A DNA stretch of 64,000 nucleotides, taken from assembly GCF_009914755.1 (NCBI RefSeq), contig NC_060928.1. The stretch is one strand, 5' to 3'. Positions 57,316-64,000 of the stretch are shown in pieces (position 1 is the stretch's first letter; every line of letters starts with the position of its first letter). This stretch comes from the human T2T-CHM13v2.0 reference genome, Homo sapiens. The notes under the pieces are model-generated. The model made no database searches and had not been told where the DNA came from. It saw only the letters and a program-made list of their open reading frames with translations. Made by a program: the position numbers and the translations under genes.

Positions 57316-59816
57316 CTGAGGGTGGAAAGTGGGGAGAAACAGGTAAGAATTGCCTTAGTACTTTCCCACATTCCCAGGGGCAGCATGAACATGCCCTTTC
57401 ATGAGATCTTCCAACAACCCCATCTCCCACTGAACCACACCTTGAAAAATTTCATTTTAGGATGATGCTGGCTCTACACAAGTTGCACAACTTGACAAGG
57501 TCACGAGAAGCAGTCGTGTCCATCTGATTCAGTCTGCCAGGCTGCCCCACATGTTATTTTCATCTGCCCCACTTTCCATTTATGTTTAAAAAATTAGTAC
57601 AATTCAGCTCAGCAAACACTAATTAAATTCCTACTATGTGCAAAACAAACCCTGTGGGCACAAAACTGAAGAAGACAGCATCCCCAGGGCATTTATCATC
57701 AAGTGGAGAAGAAGGTCAGGCAGTGCTTTGGTACTGTGTTTAGAAGTGAGCTAGGGCCGGGAAACAGAGGGATCTTCCCATTTCCACAGCAGAGTCCTCT
57801 GCCATTTGTGACATCAGTCACGATAACCAGGGCTAACCAGAGCCTGGTTTATGCTATGAAATGATGCAGGAATAAGGTTGAGGATCAGGGTCTGCATTTT
57901 TAGCACAAAGTTTAGTTCTTTCAGTCAAGAACCCCAGTGATCCACTTATCCAGGGTTTACCAGGCCCATGTGAAAACTTGTTCACATTGTCCAAGTCCAG
58001 ACAAGCCTGAATGTTCAGCAAAAGAATTTAGCAATTTATTTGTAAGGAATACAAATGCCCAGTATACCAATGCTCACTTAAGAACAGGCTGTACCTTCTC
58101 TTTCTAGGAGGAAAATTGACAAGGAAAAGGAAATTAAGAGCAGAAGGCAGCTTAGTGAGCAAAGGTGGAAGGTGCCTCTAAGGTGAAGTCTGCCCAGATG
58201 ACCCGGCTGAGGCACTCCAGCCATGCGGAGAACGCACAACCCTGTTTCTCACTCAGCAATCTTTTTCCAATGTTCCCAGACAACTTGTCAGGTATGGTGG
58301 TGACAGTACAAGGATTCTGACAGCTTCAAACTGGGAGCCTGTCATCAGTGCAAATTTCTCTTTTAACCACCTTTTAACCACACTGAAGCGGGATTGGCAC
58401 CAAACATTTTCTACAGTATTTTAAAATAACACAGATTACACACATACGTTCTCCAAGGTATAATAAACTAGATCCCTTAATTGGAAAGATGAATCCAAAA
58501 GATTCCCATAATGTAAATGCCCACAGTTACTCTAAAGCTACATGGAACCCAGTATAGAGCAGGGCTTGGACTCAGAAGGACCAATCAGGAGCTCAGACCA
58601 GCTGACAATATTAGCCCAAGACACTTTATTTCCAAAAATCTCCCTTTTCTCAATTGCCAAATGGAGACACTATTACTACCCCAGGATTGTTTTTGAAGAC
58701 TGAAGGTAATAAGACTTAGGGGTAATAGGCTGTTTGGAATGAGGGATTAGGCCACCTGAAAAAAACCTGCTAAGATACTTTTATCGAATTTTACCTTTAT
58801 TTAGATTGCATGTTTATAGAGGATGACTTTGGGATAGAACTAATGGTATTTGAAGCTGGGAGATGGAGGCTAAAGGCCCCAGCCTCCCTTGTTTGCAACT
58901 GTTGATACTGAAAGCAGCAAAGCTCAGTGCCATATTGCAGGCTTTTCCTGAAGTTTTGCTGAATCTGAGGCACAAATTCTGAAAATGTTGCCACCAGTAC
59001 CTCATGTTATTTTGTAATAATGTCTTGAGGTTTGGTTCTGGCCATACCAAATAAGACCCTGATATGCACAATGCCACTGAAATTCACTTCCCACTGCTCT
59101 GGCATCCTGGTGTCACGGAAGGAGCCATAATCTAGTCAACTCATGTTCGGAAGAGCTCAGTTCTGGCTCTGACTCTGTTATAACCATTTCTGTGGAGTGG
59201 GACAGGCCATTTAACTTCTCGTTGCTTTGATTTCCTCAGTTGTAAAGTGGTCATAACTGCCCTTGCCTTCCTGAACCAGAGTTATTAATCAAGAAGCCTA
59301 AGTGAGGTAGACCATGCAGAAGTCCTACAGTTGTCCTTGGTCTTTGTCCAAGGGCAAAAAATCCATTTAGATTCACTCCAAACCACAGTGACCATTAGCT
59401 GACCTCAACATACCAGGAAAAAAACAAACAAAAAACTTTTGCTCAATAGAAATTAACTTGTTAGCTCCGGCCTGTATGAAATACATTAAAAATGAAATTC
59501 TTACAGCCTGCAAAGTCTTCCAAGGGGGTAGAGTTCCACATTATATCACACACATATGCATTTTTGTTTGCTTTACTGTGACTTGGATTTACTACAGAGA
59601 CCTCTAATTTCTTAAATGACTTTTCACTTATCTACAGATGGAAGAATAGGACACATAAATGCATCACTCATAATTGAGTGTTTGTAATACCTCTCACATC
59701 TTGAATCAAAATAAGAAATAAAATGCTGAAACTACTACAAGTGTCATATATGTTGGTTCTAAGGCATACAAACTTTAGTCTGGGTTTAGAGGGTTGCAAT
59801 CAAGAATCAGCCTGTG

Positions 59817-60184
<368 letters not shown>

Positions 60185-61205
60185 TTAATAAGCCTCTGAG
60201 TATCATCAAAGACCAAGACTCTTCCAAGGGCAAGCATAATTGACTGGGCAGGGCAGAGCAGCGGACAGGGGCAGTCCTGGTTCTAGAATGCTTCAATTCT
60301 GACTCTGCCACTTCCTCCTGGAGCCTCAGTTTTATCATCCTTAATGGCTCACTGAACTTTTGTCCTCTGTAACACAAAAGAAGGAAGACCTCTGAAAAGG
60401 TCTAACCCAATCCACATATCTCCACCACCACAATGTTCCCAACTAAAATCCAACCTCAACATAAACTATTCTAATTAACAAAGCCTCTGGTGTCAATTAG
60501 AGATAAAGAAAACCCAGTTGCTTAAAGCAGGGCCCCCTGGAGTGAGGGTTTCTCATTAGATGCAAGTTCACCAACCCTACCTCTGCATTCACAACTGGCG
60601 CCACCAACTTCCACTAAGACTTGGATGAAAACTAACAGATATACATGTACGTAGCACAGGTACATGCTGAAATATTTTCAAGTAAATTACAGAAAGTATA
60701 ATATCAGGATATTCACATTAGATACATTTAAATGAGAGAATTTCTGTGAAAATTCCCTGAACATTTAAGGCACTGGATATCCAAACAGAAAGTAATATTG
60801 TGAATTGAGGTATGCAGTTGGCCAGTCAAATCAAGAAACAGACTCTTTCCATATTAACCCAGAAGTGCTGAGTCCTTTCATGCCTGGATAACACTGATCA
60901 CTCAAAATGTTGTGCTTGTCTGTCTGCTCTTGTCTCCCCCGACCTCAAACAGCAGCAAACTCCTAATCTTTTAATGCCGTCTCATTCCTACTCTACTCTT
61001 CCTCCCAGTTCTGCCTCTATAATGCCTATTACATTTGTTTAAGATTACTTGCACATTTTGCCTTGTCCCATTTTTTCCTCTTCTCTCCAGACTGAGAGTT
61101 CCTTGAGGGCAGGGTCTAATTGATTATTTTGGACCCACAGGCCCTGCACTTTGGAGTCCAGTAAGCACTAAACACATGGTTGATGATAAATGGACAAGTG
61201 AGGGG

Positions 61206-61211
61206 TGTGTG

Positions 61212-61243
<32 letters not shown>
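61206..61243. repeat. (TG)n microsatellite
   Basis: Directly visible. Confidence 0.93.
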
Positions 61244-61246
<3 letters not shown>

Positions 61247-62159
61247 TTTAAACCTAAATAATAAATTATCACCATGCTATCTAAACTCTGTTGGTACATG
61301 AAGTCAAGACCCTGGGAAAAAGGAAATACTCCTCCTTTGTCCTCTATTGATGTAGAATACTAGGAGATGGGAAATCTGGTCTAGAGAATCCCCCCGCCCC
61401 ACTGCAAAAGCAGCAACAATTACGATTTTCTTAGAAGTCTCATTACTCATACCTTGGAAATGGCTGTCAAAATACTGAACCTTTTCTTCATTTCCCACAC
61501 AAAGCGCTGTTTTAGCAGCTGTTCTAGTCAGCTATTTCTGGTGTTAAACAATCTTGATTGCCTAAGATAACGAAATCAAATTACAGCCCTCAAAATAACT
61601 CTTCTCTGCATCTACCTATTACATTAGTACAGTGGCATCTTATAATGTAAAAGTGCTGTTTTCAAGGAGATTCAGAAAACACTTGGCAAAATTGTTCCAT
61701 ATTTGCTTCCCATTTGGTTGTGGGCACTGGAAGATGTGTGATGCACAGTCACCACTGCACAACTGCAGCCCAGCTGGGAGCTGGTACAGGTGGCAGGTCC
61801 ACAGTGCTGCAGAGAAACCCCCGTCAGCCCTCTGCAGGCCGGGCTATGTCAGGAGTGTGCTGCCATGCAGAAATGTGCTCATGGAAATGATCGATCCATC
61901 TACTGATGATCAGGGCTAAAGTTAAACTGGACAGGATCCTAAAGATCACTTGGCCTCCCCGACTCCATTAGTCCTGACGCTGGTCCAAAATGAAGCAGAG
62001 ATCCAGGAAATCCATGGCAGAGTGGTCAGGGGAGTGGGCTCAGCTTTGGCTCACATACCAGCCAGTCCCTTAATCTCTCTGTGCCCCTGCTTCCTGATAA
62101 AGAAATAATAGTATCTACCCTAGAAAGTGCTTAGTATGCACTAAGCACTATTGTGTAAT

Positions 62160-62970
62160 GAATCATTCAAAACAATAGAAAAGTACAGGAAATTACAAAA
62201 TACATGTACCACTACTCTGACTTTTTTAACACTTTGCCTTACCTGCTTCCGATCTATTTTTTTTTTTAACAGAAAGAAAAGGTAACAGCCACAGTGAGGT
62301 TCCCTTTGCACTCCTTTAATCCCATTTCCCTCTCTCCATTAACCATTCTTAAATTGTTTTGTATTCTTCCTATCCAGGTCCTTATACTTTTACTGAGCCA
62401 TGTTTTTCATATAAAAAATTTAAAACTGATGAGTATTTTACAAATTTGTCTGCAAGGTACACTGCAGCTTATTTTTTTCAATCAATATGTTTGTAAAATT
62501 TATCCAGAATATACTTGTAAATCTGATTCATTCATTTTAAAATATTGTGCAATATTCCACTATATAAGTATATTACAACTTATCTGTTTTCCTAGTAAAG
62601 GACATTGGATCTATCCACACTTTTTGCTCTATTATGCAACTGTAATCGTATTCTGTTTGCATAAATCCTTAAGCACCTAAGCACATTTCTTTAGAATGGA
62701 ATTGTCAGGTCCTAGGGTAAGTTCATTTCTAAACCTTATTAGATATTACAAAATTGCTCTCTAAAGTGCTCAAGAAAGTGTGAGAATACCTGTTTCTCCA
62801 TAATATCTCCAATACTTAGTATTACCAGGTTTTTTTTTTATTTTCACCAATCTCTAGAGTGAGAAATGGTACCTGTTTGTTAGTTAAATTTGCATTCCTC
62901 TGATTACTAATTAATTTTCTTGTTTATTGGCCATTCCAATTTCCTTTTTTGTGAGTTATTTGCCTTTCCC
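62160..62970 (-). mobile_element. Old L1ME-type fragment
   Basis: Antisense L1 motifs gagaaatggtacct...aatttgcattcctctgattactaa and tttattggccatt. Confidence 0.65.
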
Positions 62971-64000
62971 ATTGTGGTGACATTTGCTAAGAGGTCCCAT
63001 TAGACATTCAGAGTTCACCATCTAGAAGCTTCCATTTATATACATACTGGATTTCCATTCATTTCAGCAAATATTCACTGATCTCCCTAAAGCCAGAGAT
63101 GCAGTATCCTTGGATTTACTTCTTTATATATCTTCTATACACATGCAAGACTTTTGGCTCAGTACTTCCTCTCCAGTGCATCACTTCCATGCCTGGCTTA
63201 CTATCTGCGAAGATGGTAGGTTTCTGTAGGCCACCTGCTGCCACCTGTTCTTCTGGCTGCTGCTCCTTAGATGTAAGTGATACATTCTCTAGAAGTCTTA
63301 ACACTTACATGATACTGGTCAGAAAGTAATTAAATGGAAACATTCAGAAGCAGCTGCTGACATACCTACAAACTCTCTAGCCATACCATAACTTTTACAC
63401 TTCTTTAATGAGCCTTGTTTGTCTGCTTGTTACTTTTTAAAGCCTCCAAGGCTTTGTACAAGTGTTTCTCATCCTGGCAAACTTCTATTTCCCTCAATAT
63501 CCAGGTCAAGGTCACCTAATGCATGTGTCCCTGTTTTCTCCGGCACGCTCCCAACCAATGTTCTCAACACTCAAGCCCCCCAAATCTCCTGGCAATTAAC
63601 TGTTAGCTTTTTTGGGTTCTGCCAACCATCTTGACTTATATTACACTAAGGTAATTACTACATTGTTTCCTACTTCAAAAAAAAAAAGTATGGTTTCCTC
63701 CCACCAGACCCTGGGCAATTTGAGGACAAGCACTGCCTTATTTATCTTGGGAGTCTCAAAGCCTACAATAATGTTCAGCACATTATGCTGAATATTTATA
63801 ATGTGGACCACAAAATTCTCAATTTGATGAACATTGGGAGAAACCAGAATTATTTTAAGAACTAATTCATCTTTGTACCATAGTTTCCAATATTATAAGT
63901 TCTAGCAAATCTGCCTTAAATAATTAAAATTGTCTAAGAATCTTAGAAAGGAGACAAAGACTTGAGAAGGCAGCTAAAAATCCCATTTCAAAGACTGTGA

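Noticed and set aside
63503-63514. AGGTCAAGGTCA nuclear-receptor-type motif
   Set aside because: Single short motif with no supporting context; expected by chance at this scale.

Overview
Primate (almost certainly human) genomic DNA from the middle of TBC1D9, a GRAM-GRAM-TBC Rab-GAP gene, on the minus strand. From recalled knowledge the locus is chr4q31. Twelve coding exons (2-13 by recalled RefSeq numbering) can be read with GT-AG boundaries and consistent phases; exon 1 and exons 14 onward lie outside the window. Bases 1-1171 are the 5' part of a decayed processed TNRC18 pseudogene in intron 13. The introns hold about 30 Alus, L1/L2/MIR remnants, solo LTRs, MER-type DNA transposon fossils, microsatellites and a Y1 RNA retrocopy. 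Repeat family names are from memory, not a database search. I see no clear new protein-coding system. The most unusual unexplained signals are: (1) a 60-bp non-Alu inverted repeat (44933-44992 / 46459-46518) bracketing a possible cryptic exon; (2) a ~60-nt two-hairpin poly(A)/TSD retroposon at 36.7 kb; (3) a well-formed antisense exon at 53778-53951; (4) a head-to-head fused Alu hairpin at 40.4 kb; (5) an Alu with a G-tract in place of its A-tail.
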